From NCBI GenBank assembly GCA_034520945.1, contig JAXHNB010000006.1, forward strand, positions 544,001-608,000: a stretch of DNA of 64,000 nucleotides, in the 5' to 3' direction. The DNA is from Trueperaceae bacterium. GTDB taxonomy: Bacteria > Deinococcota > Deinococci > Deinococcales > Trueperaceae. Positions within the stretch are counted from its first letter, which is position 1, and each line of letters begins with the position of its first letter. Position numbers and translations under genes: made by a program. Shown here in pieces: positions 29,861 to 39,590 of the stretch. The notes under the pieces are model-generated. The model did not search any database. It was given only the letters and a program-made list of their open reading frames with translations, and was not told the DNA's origin.

Positions 29861-30876
29861 GTGTCGTCCTTTCGTGTGCGCACGAACGCCCAGATCCGTT
29901 CCAGCCGCGAGATCAGGTAGCGTTCGCGCACCCAGGTCCGCATCGGCACGGCCGGGACCCCGCCCCAGGCCTCGCCGGCCGGCACGTCCTTGGACACGCC
30001 GGCGCGCGCCGCCAATCGTGCACCGCGTCCGATCCGCAGGTGATCACTCAGGCCTGCCCCCCCGCCGATCACCACGCCGTCCTCGAGGACGGTGCTGCCG
30101 CCGATGCCCACCATGCCTGCGATCATGCAGCCCCGGCCGATGTGCACGTTGTGGCCGATCTGGCACAGATTGTCGATCTTGGTGCCGTCGCCGATCGTGC
30201 CGTCGGTCAGAATGCCGCGGTCGATGCAGGCGTTCGCGCCGATCTCGACGTCGTCGCCGACGCGCAACCCGGCCAGGTGATGAATCTTCTCGGGCCCCTC
30301 CGGCCCCGCGGCGTACCCGAACCCGTCCGCTCCGAGCACCGCGCCGGCATGCACGCGGACACGCGCGCCGAGGCGCACCCCGGGGTAGAGGACGACCCCG
30401 GCGTACAGCCGCCCATCGGGGCCCACCGTGCAGCCGGCCCCAATGATCGCGCCCGGCCCTACGGAGGTGCCGGCCCCCAGCTCGGCGCCCGCGTCCACGT
30501 ACGCCCCGGCCGCCACCGACACCCCGCCTTCGAGGCGCGCCTCGGGATGCACCGACGCGCCCGGTGCCACCCCGACCGCCGGCCGCGGTTCGTCGGCGAA
30601 GATACGCGTCAGGCGGGCGAACGCGAGCCGCGGTTCACTGTGCACCAACCGCGGCGGCTGCGTGCCCTCGTCCAGTCCGGGGGGATGTACCAGCGCCGCC
30701 AGCCGATCGACGCCCGGCGCGTCCAGCGCCGCGCGTACGGCGCCCGCGTCGGGCGCGACCTGCAGGTGCCCTTCACGTGGGGCCTCCGGTGGGCACAGGC
30801 CCATGACCGCGCGCTCCTCGCCCCGGTGCGTCGCACCGATCCGCTGCGCGAGGGCGCGCGTGGTCCACGGCGTCAC
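29857..30876 (-). CDS. lpxD: UDP-3-O-(3-hydroxyacyl)glucosamine N-acyltransferase
   Basis: [36 protein letters not shown]; start refined to GTG 30876. Confidence 0.92.
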   Translation of the reverse strand: MTPWTTRALAQRIGATHRGEERAVMGLCPPEAPREGHLQVAPDAGAVRAALDAPGVDRLAALVHPPGLDEGTQPPRLVHSEPRLAFARLTRIFADEPRPAVGVAPGASVHPEARLEGGVSVAAGAYVDAGAELGAGTSVGPGAIIGAGCTVGPDGRLYAGVVLYPGVRLGARVRVHAGAVLGADGFGYAAGPEGPEKIHHLAGLRVGDDVEIGANACIDRGILTDGTIGDGTKIDNLCQIGHNVHIGRGCMIAGMVGIGGSTVLEDGVVIGGGAGLSDHLRIGRGARLAARAGVSKDVPAGEAWGGVPAVPMRTWVRERYLISRLERIWAFVRTRKDDT

Positions 30877-32660
30877 GGCGCTTCGTCCCCCTCCTCGCTG
30901 GGCGGTGCGGACGGCGGTTGGGTCGTTGCCTCGTCCAGGACGTGCACCCGGACCCGCTCCAGGCCGCGGACCAGGTGGCCGACGTCGTCGCGTGCCAGGC
31001 GGCGCGGCCGGCTGGGCCCGGGGATCTCCGCCAGAAGCTCCCGCGCCTGGGGGCGGGATTCCAGCGCGCCGATCAGCTCGGCCCACGACAGCACGGGCGG
31101 GAGCCCGGAGGTCGCCTGCCGCTCGCGGTCGACCTCCGGCTCGCTGCGCGGCCGTTCCGGGTCCGGGACCGACGCGCCGCGGAAGGTGAGGGTCAACGGG
31201 CCCGGTTGCACGTCGTCGGGCACGCCTACGCGGAGCGTCCGTACCTCCGCCTCGCCCCGGAACGGCTGCAGGCGCACGAACGCCGTCACCGTCCCGCCGG
31301 GGGCCACCTCCGGTTCCTCCAGGGCGACCTCCACGATCTCGGCGTCGCTGCGTCGATCCTGCACCTCGATGGTGAGGGAGAGCCGCTCGATGCGCGGGTC
31401 GCGGAACGGGTTGTCCAGCAGGACCGCCAACGGCCCCGCCGCCAGACGCGCGGCGCTGCGCGCCAGGTCGGTCTCGTCCATCACCTGTTCCAGCACCCGC
31501 ACCGGAGCGCCCTCGCCGACGTCGATCTCCCAGGCCAGCTCGGCGCCGCCTCCGGCGACGCGGTCCCGGGTCAGATCCAGCGCGGTCTCCACCACGGTGG
31601 CCAGCAGCGAGGGGGCCAGCCAGCCGTCGTCCGCGACGCGCACGGCGAACGCCCGCGACGTCCGGGGCGTGTTCACGCGGACGGTGATGGGCAGACCCGA
31701 AGGCACCTCGCCGGCGCGCCCCACCACGCCGGCCCGGCCGTCACGGATCACCCGACCGATCACCTCCGCGCCCGGCTCGGCCAGCTTGTACGGTACGTCG
31801 CGCTGGGCGATCCAGGCGAGCACGTGGGCGGGGGCCAACGCCAGGTCGCTCCCACCGCGCCCCAGCAGCGGATGGCCGAACGCCAGGATGGTGCCGTCCC
31901 GGACGTCGGTCACCGTGCCGATGGCGGCGACGGTCATGTCGCCACGGATCAGGGTCGCGGCCACCGCCGCGCCCGGCGCCAACCGCCAGTCGGCCAGGCG
32001 CGGATCGCCTTCGCGTAGCGCGCCGCCCTGGACCGGCAGCGGGGACAGGCCCACGTCGCGGAACGGTTCGGCCAGGTGGGTCAGGCCGCGAGGACCGATC
32101 CCCGTCAGCAGCAGGGGCGTCGCCAGCGGCGCGGCGTCCGGCCCTGGCGGCGCCGGGACGTCGTCCCCCCGGTCGGCGGCCAGGTCGCGCATGGCTTCGA
32201 TCGGCGTCGCCAGCGCCAAGCGGTGATCACTGCCGGGAAACGCGTACGCCAGTGCCCCCGCCAGGCGTTCGTCGCCCGCCGGCCCCAGGTAGATGGGGCT
32301 TCCGCTCATCCCCGCCGCCACCCCGGCCGCCGCCAGCGCCTGGCCCGAGGTCCGCACCAGGAAGGGGGGGAGGGCGTCCACGCCCGGCGCGCGGCGTCCC
32401 AGCACCTCGACCTCGAAGCGGACCAGCCCCTCGGGCGCCTGCGTCAGGCCGTAGCCGGTCATGCCGGCCCGTATCTCGTCGGCGGGCAGGTCGGTGACGC
32501 CGGGCGGCGGGGCGGGTTGTGCCAAGCAGGCGCCCAGCCACAGCGCGGCCGCCAGGGTCAGGATCGAAGGAAGGCCCAGCCGCGTGCCGTCGCGGCGTGC
32601 CGAGCCGGTACGGGCACGTCCGGCACGGGCACGTCCGGCGCCGTGAGCCGAGCCGCGCAT
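30873..32660 (-). CDS. Secreted SpoIVB-like peptidase S55 domain protein
   Basis: Signal peptide, [18 protein letters not shown] (catalytic Ser), GTVT, LAFGHP; exact start uncertain. Confidence 0.8.
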   Translation of the reverse strand: MRGSAHGAGRARAGRARTGSARRDGTRLGLPSILTLAAALWLGACLAQPAPPPGVTDLPADEIRAGMTGYGLTQAPEGLVRFEVEVLGRRAPGVDALPPFLVRTSGQALAAAGVAAGMSGSPIYLGPAGDERLAGALAYAFPGSDHRLALATPIEAMRDLAADRGDDVPAPPGPDAAPLATPLLLTGIGPRGLTHLAEPFRDVGLSPLPVQGGALREGDPRLADWRLAPGAAVAATLIRGDMTVAAIGTVTDVRDGTILAFGHPLLGRGGSDLALAPAHVLAWIAQRDVPYKLAEPGAEVIGRVIRDGRAGVVGRAGEVPSGLPITVRVNTPRTSRAFAVRVADDGWLAPSLLATVVETALDLTRDRVAGGGAELAWEIDVGEGAPVRVLEQVMDETDLARSAARLAAGPLAVLLDNPFRDPRIERLSLTIEVQDRRSDAEIVEVALEEPEVAPGGTVTAFVRLQPFRGEAEVRTLRVGVPDDVQPGPLTLTFRGASVPDPERPRSEPEVDRERQATSGLPPVLSWAELIGALESRPQARELLAEIPGPSRPRRLARDDVGHLVRGLERVRVHVLDEATTQPPSAPPSEEGDEAP

Positions 32661-32661
32661 G

Positions 32662-33696
32662 TCAGCGCCTGAGGAAGTTGTCGGAGATCAGCGCGTCCTG
32701 CAACACGTGCAGCATGTCCAACGCCTTGCCGGTGCCGAGTGCGACGCTGTCGGTCGCGTTCTCGGCCACCATCACCGGAATGCCGGTGGTACGCCTGAGC
32801 AGCTCGTCGAAGTTCCTGAGCAGCGCACCGCCGCCGGTCATGATGATGCCCCGGTCGATCACGTCGCTGACCAGTTCGGGCGGCGCGAGCTCCAACACGC
32901 GCCGCACGCCGTCGGCGATCTTCTGGATCGGTTCTTCGAGCGCCTCGACGGTGTCCGAGGTGCGGAGGCGGATCGTCTTGGGGAGTCCGTTGATCAGGTC
33001 GCGACCGCGCACCTCGATCTCGTCGCTCTGTTCGTCCTCCGCCAGCATGGCGGCCCCGATCCGCATCTTGACCTCCTCGGCGGTACGGTCGCCCACCAGC
33101 AGGTTCTCCTTGTGGCGGATGTAGCGGATGATGGCCTCGTCGAACTCGTTGCCGGCGATGCGGAGGCTCTCGCTCACCACGATGCCGCCCAGGCTGATGA
33201 TCGCGATGTCGGTGGTGCCGCCCCCGATGTCCACGATCATCGATCCCGTCGGTTCGGCGATGTTCACGCCCGCGCCGACCGCTGCGGCCAGCGGCTCCTC
33301 GATCAGGAACGCCTTGCGGGCGCCGACCTCGCGCGTCGCCTGGAGCACCGCGCGGCGCTCCACCTCGGTCACGCCGGAGGGGACGCAGACCATGATGTGC
33401 GGACGAAAGAACCGCCCCGGTCCCGTCACCACCTTGCGTACGAACGCCTGCAACATCTTCTCGGTCAGGTCGTAGTCCGCGATCACGCCGTCCCGCATCG
33501 GACGCACCGCGACGATGTTGCCCGGCGTGCGGCCCAACATCCGGTACGCCTCGTTGCCCACGGCCTTCACCTCGCCCGTGTCGCGGACCATCGCGATCAC
33601 GGACGGTTCCCGCAACATGATCCCCTGTCCCTTGACGTAGATGAGGACGGTGGCCGTTCCCAGGTCGACGCCGATTTCCTGCCACGGTCTGAACAT
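32662..33696 (-). CDS. mreB: Rod shape-determining protein MreB
   Basis: GVDLGTAT, PMRDGVIAD, VPSGVTEVERRA, DIGGGTT, TGGGALL. Confidence 0.97.
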   Translation of the reverse strand: MFRPWQEIGVDLGTATVLIYVKGQGIMLREPSVIAMVRDTGEVKAVGNEAYRMLGRTPGNIVAVRPMRDGVIADYDLTEKMLQAFVRKVVTGPGRFFRPHIMVCVPSGVTEVERRAVLQATREVGARKAFLIEEPLAAAVGAGVNIAEPTGSMIVDIGGGTTDIAIISLGGIVVSESLRIAGNEFDEAIIRYIRHKENLLVGDRTAEEVKMRIGAAMLAEDEQSDEIEVRGRDLINGLPKTIRLRTSDTVEALEEPIQKIADGVRRVLELAPPELVSDVIDRGIIMTGGGALLRNFDELLRRTTGIPVMVAENATDSVALGTGKALDMLHVLQDALISDNFLRR

Positions 33697-33820
33697 CGCT
33701 AACACTCCCACCTAGGCGGCGGACCGAGGGCCCTGCCACGGCGTCTGGACGACGCCGGCGGGCGCACCGGTGGCGTGATTCGCCTGCGCCGGCCGCGTAT
33801 CCGAGCGACTATACCGCGGC

Positions 33821-34381
33821 TCACAGGTAGAGCGCCGTGGCCGGTTCCTCGCCGGGGGGGCGCCGTGCCGCCCAGGCCGCGTCCGGCGCGACGTCTTCCA
33901 GCCAGCGCGCGTCCGGCCAGGCGCGACGCACCTCCACGCGCGCGCGCTTCTGCGGGGCCTCCAGGCACTGCAGCGCGTCGTCCCCGGCGCGGCGCAGGTA
34001 GACGGCGGCGTACACGGCGTCGCGGCGGGCGTCGACGACGGCCACGCCGGTCTCGCCCGGCGCCAGCGCGCCGGCAGCCATCTGCGCCAACGTGCCGGCG
34101 CCCCCCAGCGGTACGTCCCAGGCCGTCGCCAGGGCGTGGGCCGCGGCCAGGCCGACCCGGACGCCGGTGTAGGAGCCGGGGCCGATGCCGACGGTGACGG
34201 CCCGCACCTCCCGGCGTTGGACCCCGGCCGTGGCGAACAACGCGTCCAGTTCAGGGATTAGCCGTGCGGCGTGGTCGCGCGCGACCTGCGGCGCGCGGCG
34301 CGCCAGGACGCCATGCTCGGGGGACCACAGGGCCAGCGCGAGGTACGGGGTGGCGGTGTCGAGGCCCAAACGCGCGCTCAC
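33821..34381 (-). CDS. tsaB: tRNA t6A37 biosynthesis protein TsaB
   Basis: LGLDTAT, HAARL, GIGPGSYTGVRVG, DARR. Confidence 0.92.
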   Translation of the reverse strand: MSARLGLDTATPYLALALWSPEHGVLARRAPQVARDHAARLIPELDALFATAGVQRREVRAVTVGIGPGSYTGVRVGLAAAHALATAWDVPLGGAGTLAQMAAGALAPGETGVAVVDARRDAVYAAVYLRRAGDDALQCLEAPQKRARVEVRRAWPDARWLEDVAPDAAWAARRPPGEEPATALYL

Positions 34382-34812
34382 CCGGTCATGCTACCCGCCG
34401 GGGGCCGCAGGACCGCCGTCCGGCCGGGCCTGTCGCTTGGACGTGCCAACTGCAGGTGCCACGCCTCGGGGTAGACGTCGGCCAGCGTCCCGCCCCACTC
34501 GACGACCACCAGTCGTGCGCGTTCGAGGTAGTCCTCCAGCCCCATCTCCATGAGCACCCGGGCGTCCGGAAGCCGGTAGGCGTCGACGTGCACGATCGTT
34601 CCCGCCGGCGTGGGGTACTCGTGGACCAGCGTGTAGCTGGGGCTGGACGTCCGATCGGGCCCGCCGAGTGCCGCCACCAAGCCGGCGACCAGGGTGGTCT
34701 TGCCCGCCCCCAACGGGCCGTCGATCAACAGCAGCGCACCGGGAGGCAGTCGCTCGGCCAGGTCGGACGCGAACGCATGCGTCGCGGCGGCGTCAGGAAG
34801 CGTCCGTTGCAT
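34378..34812 (-). CDS. tsaE: tRNA t6A37 biosynthesis ATPase TsaE
   Basis: GPLGAGKTT, SPSYTLVHEY, HVDAYRL, VVEW; start refined to ATG 34812. Confidence 0.93.
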   Translation of the reverse strand: MQRTLPDAAATHAFASDLAERLPPGALLLIDGPLGAGKTTLVAGLVAALGGPDRTSSPSYTLVHEYPTPAGTIVHVDAYRLPDARVLMEMGLEDYLERARLVVVEWGGTLADVYPEAWHLQLARPSDRPGRTAVLRPPAGSMTG

Positions 34813-37612
34813 CGTCTTCGTGTTCGGCGCCCGGGTTGCGCGCGCGCCGGACGGCGTCCCGCCACGACGCCTCGCGTCGGAGCTCGCGCAGCAGCAGGCC
34901 CAGCGCGGCCGGGTCGGGCGTCGCCAGCAGTGCGGTCGCATCCGGCGCGTGCCCCAGCAACACCGCACGCTCAGGCCCTTCGAGGCTCACGACGCGGGGG
35001 CGGCCCAACCCCCACGCCGAACCGAGGCGCGTCAGATCGCGCAGCACGCGCTGCGTCGCGGTCGCCACGGCCGCGCGACGTTCCGCCGGCTCCGGGAGGC
35101 CCCGTCCCGCCACCACGCCGACCTCGGGCGCCAGCAGCGCGGCGCAGGCGACACCGTCGGCCTCGCCGTGGCGCGCCACCCAATCGTCCGCGGTCTCCTC
35201 CTGCGTGTCGTCGGGCGCGCCCCGGGCGTCGTCCGCGGGTCGCTCGGGACGTCCTTCGGCGGGGCCGAACAGGCCCAGCACGTCCGTGAATTCTCCGCCC
35301 GTCATCAGCCTGTCGGCGATGGCGCGGGTGGCGCGCTCCTCCTCCTCGAGCTTGGCGAGCAGGTCCTCGGCCTCCTGCAACGAGCGCTCCAGCCCCGCCC
35401 GCAGGCCAGGCGAGATGCGACCGAAGGCGCCCCGTTGGGCGTCGAGGTGCCCGAGGATGCGGCGCACCGTCGCGACGTCTTCGCTGTTCAGGCGCTCTAC
35501 CGTCCGAAACGTCTCCAGGGCCGCGTCCAAGCGCGGCATGAACCCCTCGATGCGGGTCCGCAGCGTGGACTCCAGCGCGTCGACGGCGCCGTCCGCCCGG
35601 TCCAGGACCGCCGCGGACGACGTGCCGTCCACCAACCCCTGTCGGGCGTCGCTCAACGCGTGGGCGAGCGCGGCCTCTTGCCCATCGTCGATGCCGGAGA
35701 GGCGCTCGGCGACGCGCTCGAGCGCGTGCAAGCGCTCCAGTTGCGCGGCGCGTGCCGCCTCGCGGGCGTCGCCCAGTTGGCGCAGGACGGCGGAGATCTC
35801 CGGATCGGCGCCGTCCTCCAAGCGTTCGTTGGCGGCGCGGACGGCCTCGAGAACGTCCGTGAGCGACCAGTGGGCCGCCTCCTGCCCCATGCGTTCCAAG
35901 CGTGCGCGGGCGTCCGCATGCGCGCGGTCGACGAAGTCGGCGACGCTCGCCGCGCCGGACGCGAGCTCCTCCTCGTCCGGCGGTGTCGTCAGCCACGCCT
36001 CGAGATCCTGCTGGAGGGCGCGGGCGCCGTCGGGATCGAGGGTCATGGGGAGGCCGTCGAGGGTGGACAGCAGGGCACGCACCTGCAGCTGCACGTGCGC
36101 TTCTTCGTCGCTACCGGACGCCTGCGCCGCCAGCGCATCGCCCGCCTCGCGTACCGCGCCGGCGGCCTCGTCATCGATCCGCTCCTCGGCCTGGGCGGCA
36201 CGAAGCGCTTCCAGCGCCTCCTGGTAGCGCCCCAGCACCTGCTCGTCGGCATGGGGCGCGTAGCGGAGGTAGTCCTGTCGGGCGCGGGTCAGGAACTCCC
36301 CTTGGGCGTCCAAGCGCTGCCGTGTTTCGGCCGCGTCGTGCTCCGCATGCTCGTCCTCGCGGCGTGCCCGGCGCATGGCGAGGTCCAACAGGTCCCGAAA
36401 CCGCACCAGGTCGGCCAGGCGCGGCAGGCCGTCGTCCAGCGTCTCGCGGAGCAGGGCGAGCTCGCTCCGCACGTCGTCGCCGTCGGCGTCGGGATGGGCC
36501 GCCAGGAACGCGTCGGCTTCGTCCAGCTCCGCCGCCAGTTCGGCCAGCCGGGCCGATTCGGCCTCGTCCAGCTCGGCCCGGAGCGCGTCGATCCCCGCCT
36601 GGGGCGGCCTGCCCTCCTCGAGGGCCGCGCGCGTCGCCCGGACCTTCTCGCCCACGTCGTCGCGGTGCTCGAGCAGCACGGCGCGTTCCCGGGCCAGCGC
36701 GTCCAGCTCCTGCGTGTCGGCCTCGCGCTCGAGGGCCTTCAGGCGCGCGTCGAGCGCTTCGTCGCCGGCGTCGTGCTCCTCCTGGTACACGCTGGAGGCC
36801 ATCAGCTTGCGCAGGTCGAAGGTCACCCGCTGCGCCCGCTCGATCTCCGCCTCCGCGAGCTGGCGCGACGCCTGCGCTTCGCGGACGTGCCGCAACAGGG
36901 TGTCGAGTCGGCGGACCTTGGCGCCGCCGAGACCCTTGACCTCTTCGAACGTCTCCTCGAGCTCCGCCAGCGAGCGCGCCTGGAGGACGAGGGCGTCCTC
37001 CAACTTCTGATGGACGACGTTCAGCTGCGTGTCCGCCTCTTCGAGCGGGCCCACCGGGCGGTCGCCCCGGGCCAGCTCGCCCTCGATCCGCGTCAGGAGC
37101 GCGCGCAGGCGACGGACTTCGGGCCACTCGAAGTAGAGGTTGAACGGGCGCATCGCGTCCCGCAGCCGCGCCAGTTCGGCGCGTTCGGGCGCGTCCTCGG
37201 GCACCGCGCTCGGGGCCTCCTCTGGGCCGTTCCCACCGGCATGCTCCCCGTCGCGTTCCGCGCCGTCCTCCGCGTCCTCCGGCGGGGCCGATGGGGCCGC
37301 CTCGCGCGTCGGGGCGGCCCCGTGCGGCGAGGCGACCTCCGTGTCGCCCTCGTGCCCGGCGCCGGCGCGGTCCAGGCCCGCGAGCTCGTCCAGGATCTCT
37401 CGAACCACCTCGCGGGCGCGGTCGGGCGGCATCACGACCTGCAACTGCTTGAACACGTCGTTCTGCAAGATCGGTGCCAGGTCGTCCGGGGCCACGGTCT
37501 CGGGCGTGAGACCTGCGGGCTGCATGGCCATCCGCAGCGTGCGGGAGACGACCCGTGGCGACAGCCAGCGTTCCAGCGCCGCGACGCACGTTCGGTAGGC
37601 GGGGGAGATCAT
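34793..37612 (-). CDS. Large coiled-coil protein with C-terminal Roadblock/LC7-like domain
   Basis: 939 aa, E/A/L/R-rich helical; C-terminal GVACAALL...GLGRPRVVSLE...ALGLLLRELRRE pattern typical of Roadblock; operonic overlap with tsaE. Confidence 0.75.
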   Translation of the reverse strand: MISPAYRTCVAALERWLSPRVVSRTLRMAMQPAGLTPETVAPDDLAPILQNDVFKQLQVVMPPDRAREVVREILDELAGLDRAGAGHEGDTEVASPHGAAPTREAAPSAPPEDAEDGAERDGEHAGGNGPEEAPSAVPEDAPERAELARLRDAMRPFNLYFEWPEVRRLRALLTRIEGELARGDRPVGPLEEADTQLNVVHQKLEDALVLQARSLAELEETFEEVKGLGGAKVRRLDTLLRHVREAQASRQLAEAEIERAQRVTFDLRKLMASSVYQEEHDAGDEALDARLKALEREADTQELDALARERAVLLEHRDDVGEKVRATRAALEEGRPPQAGIDALRAELDEAESARLAELAAELDEADAFLAAHPDADGDDVRSELALLRETLDDGLPRLADLVRFRDLLDLAMRRARREDEHAEHDAAETRQRLDAQGEFLTRARQDYLRYAPHADEQVLGRYQEALEALRAAQAEERIDDEAAGAVREAGDALAAQASGSDEEAHVQLQVRALLSTLDGLPMTLDPDGARALQQDLEAWLTTPPDEEELASGAASVADFVDRAHADARARLERMGQEAAHWSLTDVLEAVRAANERLEDGADPEISAVLRQLGDAREAARAAQLERLHALERVAERLSGIDDGQEAALAHALSDARQGLVDGTSSAAVLDRADGAVDALESTLRTRIEGFMPRLDAALETFRTVERLNSEDVATVRRILGHLDAQRGAFGRISPGLRAGLERSLQEAEDLLAKLEEEERATRAIADRLMTGGEFTDVLGLFGPAEGRPERPADDARGAPDDTQEETADDWVARHGEADGVACAALLAPEVGVVAGRGLPEPAERRAAVATATQRVLRDLTRLGSAWGLGRPRVVSLEGPERAVLLGHAPDATALLATPDPAALGLLLRELRREASWRDAVRRARNPGAEHEDDATDAS

Positions 37613-37631
37613 GGGTCCGATGCTCCAGGGT

Positions 37632-39590
37632 TCAGAAGTCGTCGTCCCAATCGACCAGCGTGTCGTCTCCGGTCTTCGTGCTGGTGTCGCGTGCGGGCGT
37701 GGCGCGCCGCTTGCGGCCGACGACGCCGAACTGGACGCAGATGCCGTACAGGCCGGCCGTGGCCAGCAGCAGGGCCAACAATGTCAGTACGCCCCACACC
37801 ATTTGGGTGAGGTCGTTCTGGAACACCGACCATGCGGTCAGCGAAGCCAGGGCCGGCACGCCCAACGGGCTGGCCAGCAGCGCGCCGGCGGCGGCGATGC
37901 CCTCGTAGTAGATCGGGATGAACAGGAACAACAGCGCCGTGCCGATCAGACGCCAATTGCGATTGGCCCCGCCGAACGCCAGGTCCAGGAGGCGCAGAGG
38001 GATCAGCGCCAGGAGCGCCAGCACGATCATGGCGGCCGGGCGGATCGGGCCGGACCAGGCGTCGCTGGCCGTGTCGACCAGGACGTGGCTGGAGGGGACG
38101 ACGCCGCCACGAAGCCGGTCGGAGACGGCCTGCAATTCGCTGGCGAGCAGGGCAGCGTCGGAAGCGCGGAGGCTGGGGGCGCGGTCCAGGCGCTCCAGCA
38201 GGGCCATCAGCGCGTCGTCCGCGTCGGCCGCGGCGCGCCTGGTGACGGGTTGGAGCGAGGTGCGGTACTGCGCCTCCAGCTCGCGCAGGCGCGCGCGGGC
38301 CATCCGTGGTTCGCCGCGCAGCACGTGGGCGGACACCCGGTTGGCGAGGGCGGCGAGGTCCTGCTCGACCTCCGAGACCGAACGGACCCCGGCCTCGTAC
38401 AGCTGCCGGACGAGGTCTTCGCGCGGTCCGTCCGCGAGGTCGAACGCGGCGAGGTCCTCGTCGAGCGCGCGCCGCGCATCCGCCGCGCGCTCGGCTTCGA
38501 GTTCGGTCGCCACCTGCGCCCGCACGGCGGGGTCGATGTCGGAGACCTCGGCTGGGGCGGCCTCGCCGTCCTCCGGCGCGCCCTCCGGCGGCGGGGCCTG
38601 CGCTTCCGCGTCCTGGACGGCGCCGTCTTCCTGGGTGGCCTGGTCCTGGCCCGCGTCTTCCGGTGGGGCGTCCTCCTGCGCGACGCCTTCGCCCTCCACC
38701 GGCGCTTCTTCCTCGGCCGGCGCCTCCTCCTCGGGCGCGTCCTGCGCTGCCGGCGCTTGCTCGCTGGGCAGCTCCGCCACCGCCCCGCCGTCGGTCTCGG
38801 GTCCGGCCTCGGGGGTCGCACCTTCGTCGGCGGCGGTCTGCAGGGCTCGCAGATCCTCGCCCAGCGTCGCCAGGCGCGACGCGTACGTCTCGGCGTCGCC
38901 GTCGACCAGGGCGCCCGCTGCCTCCACGAAGCGGCGGTTGCTCTGTGGGTCGACACGGGACGAATCTTGCACCAACAGGTAATCCCCGTAGGCCTCGGCC
39001 AAGGTGCGGTACGCGGCGTCCCGGTCGCTCGGCGGCGCCTGCTCGGCGAGGGCGGTCAGGCGGGCCCCGACCTGCTCGGCGACGCCGGCCTCCAGCACGC
39101 GCCGCAGCGGGCCGGGCTCGGCGCGTTGCTCGAGCTGCTCCAAGCGGGCCTCGCCCAGGCCCAGGTCGTCCGCCAACCGCAGGAGCCGGGCGCGGGCCAG
39201 CGCCTCCTCGCCGCTGACGGCGGCCGACAGGGCCGACTCGTACAACAGGCGTTGGAACCCGCCGCGAAGCACCGCGGTCTGGACCGCAAGGTCGGTGTGG
39301 CTGCGGTTGTCGATGGCGGTCCGGGCGCGCTCGAACACGCGGTCGAGCGACTCGGTCAGGCTGCTGCTGCTTCCGCGGGACAGCGTCAGCAGCGCGCTGA
39401 ACGCCTGGTCCAGCGCGTTGCGCGAGGCGGCGGCGTCGTCCTGGAGCGTGGCGACCGCCACCGCGAGGTTCTCCGTGGCCAGCCCGTAGCGCTGCAGGAC
39501 GTCGTCCTCCGGCGGCGCCTCCTGCGCCCATGCGGCGGACAGGGCGAGGACGGCAAGGAGGCCGACGGCGAATGAGCGGACGATGGTCAT
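37632..39590 (-). CDS. Hypothetical exported membrane protein (signal peptide, helical ectodomain, about 3 C-terminal TM)
   Basis: SD GGAGG, signal peptide ending AWA-Q, acidic low-complexity linker, hydrophobic C-terminal segments, ends DWDDDF. Confidence 0.75.
   Translation of the reverse strand: MTIVRSFAVGLLAVLALSAAWAQEAPPEDDVLQRYGLATENLAVAVATLQDDAAASRNALDQAFSALLTLSRGSSSSLTESLDRVFERARTAIDNRSHTDLAVQTAVLRGGFQRLLYESALSAAVSGEEALARARLLRLADDLGLGEARLEQLEQRAEPGPLRRVLEAGVAEQVGARLTALAEQAPPSDRDAAYRTLAEAYGDYLLVQDSSRVDPQSNRRFVEAAGALVDGDAETYASRLATLGEDLRALQTAADEGATPEAGPETDGGAVAELPSEQAPAAQDAPEEEAPAEEEAPVEGEGVAQEDAPPEDAGQDQATQEDGAVQDAEAQAPPPEGAPEDGEAAPAEVSDIDPAVRAQVATELEAERAADARRALDEDLAAFDLADGPREDLVRQLYEAGVRSVSEVEQDLAALANRVSAHVLRGEPRMARARLRELEAQYRTSLQPVTRRAAADADDALMALLERLDRAPSLRASDAALLASELQAVSDRLRGGVVPSSHVLVDTASDAWSGPIRPAAMIVLALLALIPLRLLDLAFGGANRNWRLIGTALLFLFIPIYYEGIAAAGALLASPLGVPALASLTAWSVFQNDLTQMVWGVLTLLALLLATAGLYGICVQFGVVGRKRRATPARDTSTKTGDDTLVDWDDDF

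Noticed and set aside
32605..32639. Short 15-bp tandem duplication (ccggyacgggcacgt) at the 5' end of the S55 gene
   Set aside because: About 2.3 copies with no spacers, in a low-complexity N-terminal region; not CRISPR or a mobile-element end.
33699..33725. GAGTGTTAG upstream of mreB resembling a CIRCE half-site
   Set aside because: No matching left arm 9 nt upstream; the sequence is explained by the SD (GGAG).
38540..38830. Repetitive acidic stretch in the 653-aa membrane protein
   Set aside because: Protein-level low-complexity linker with no regular nucleotide repeat unit.
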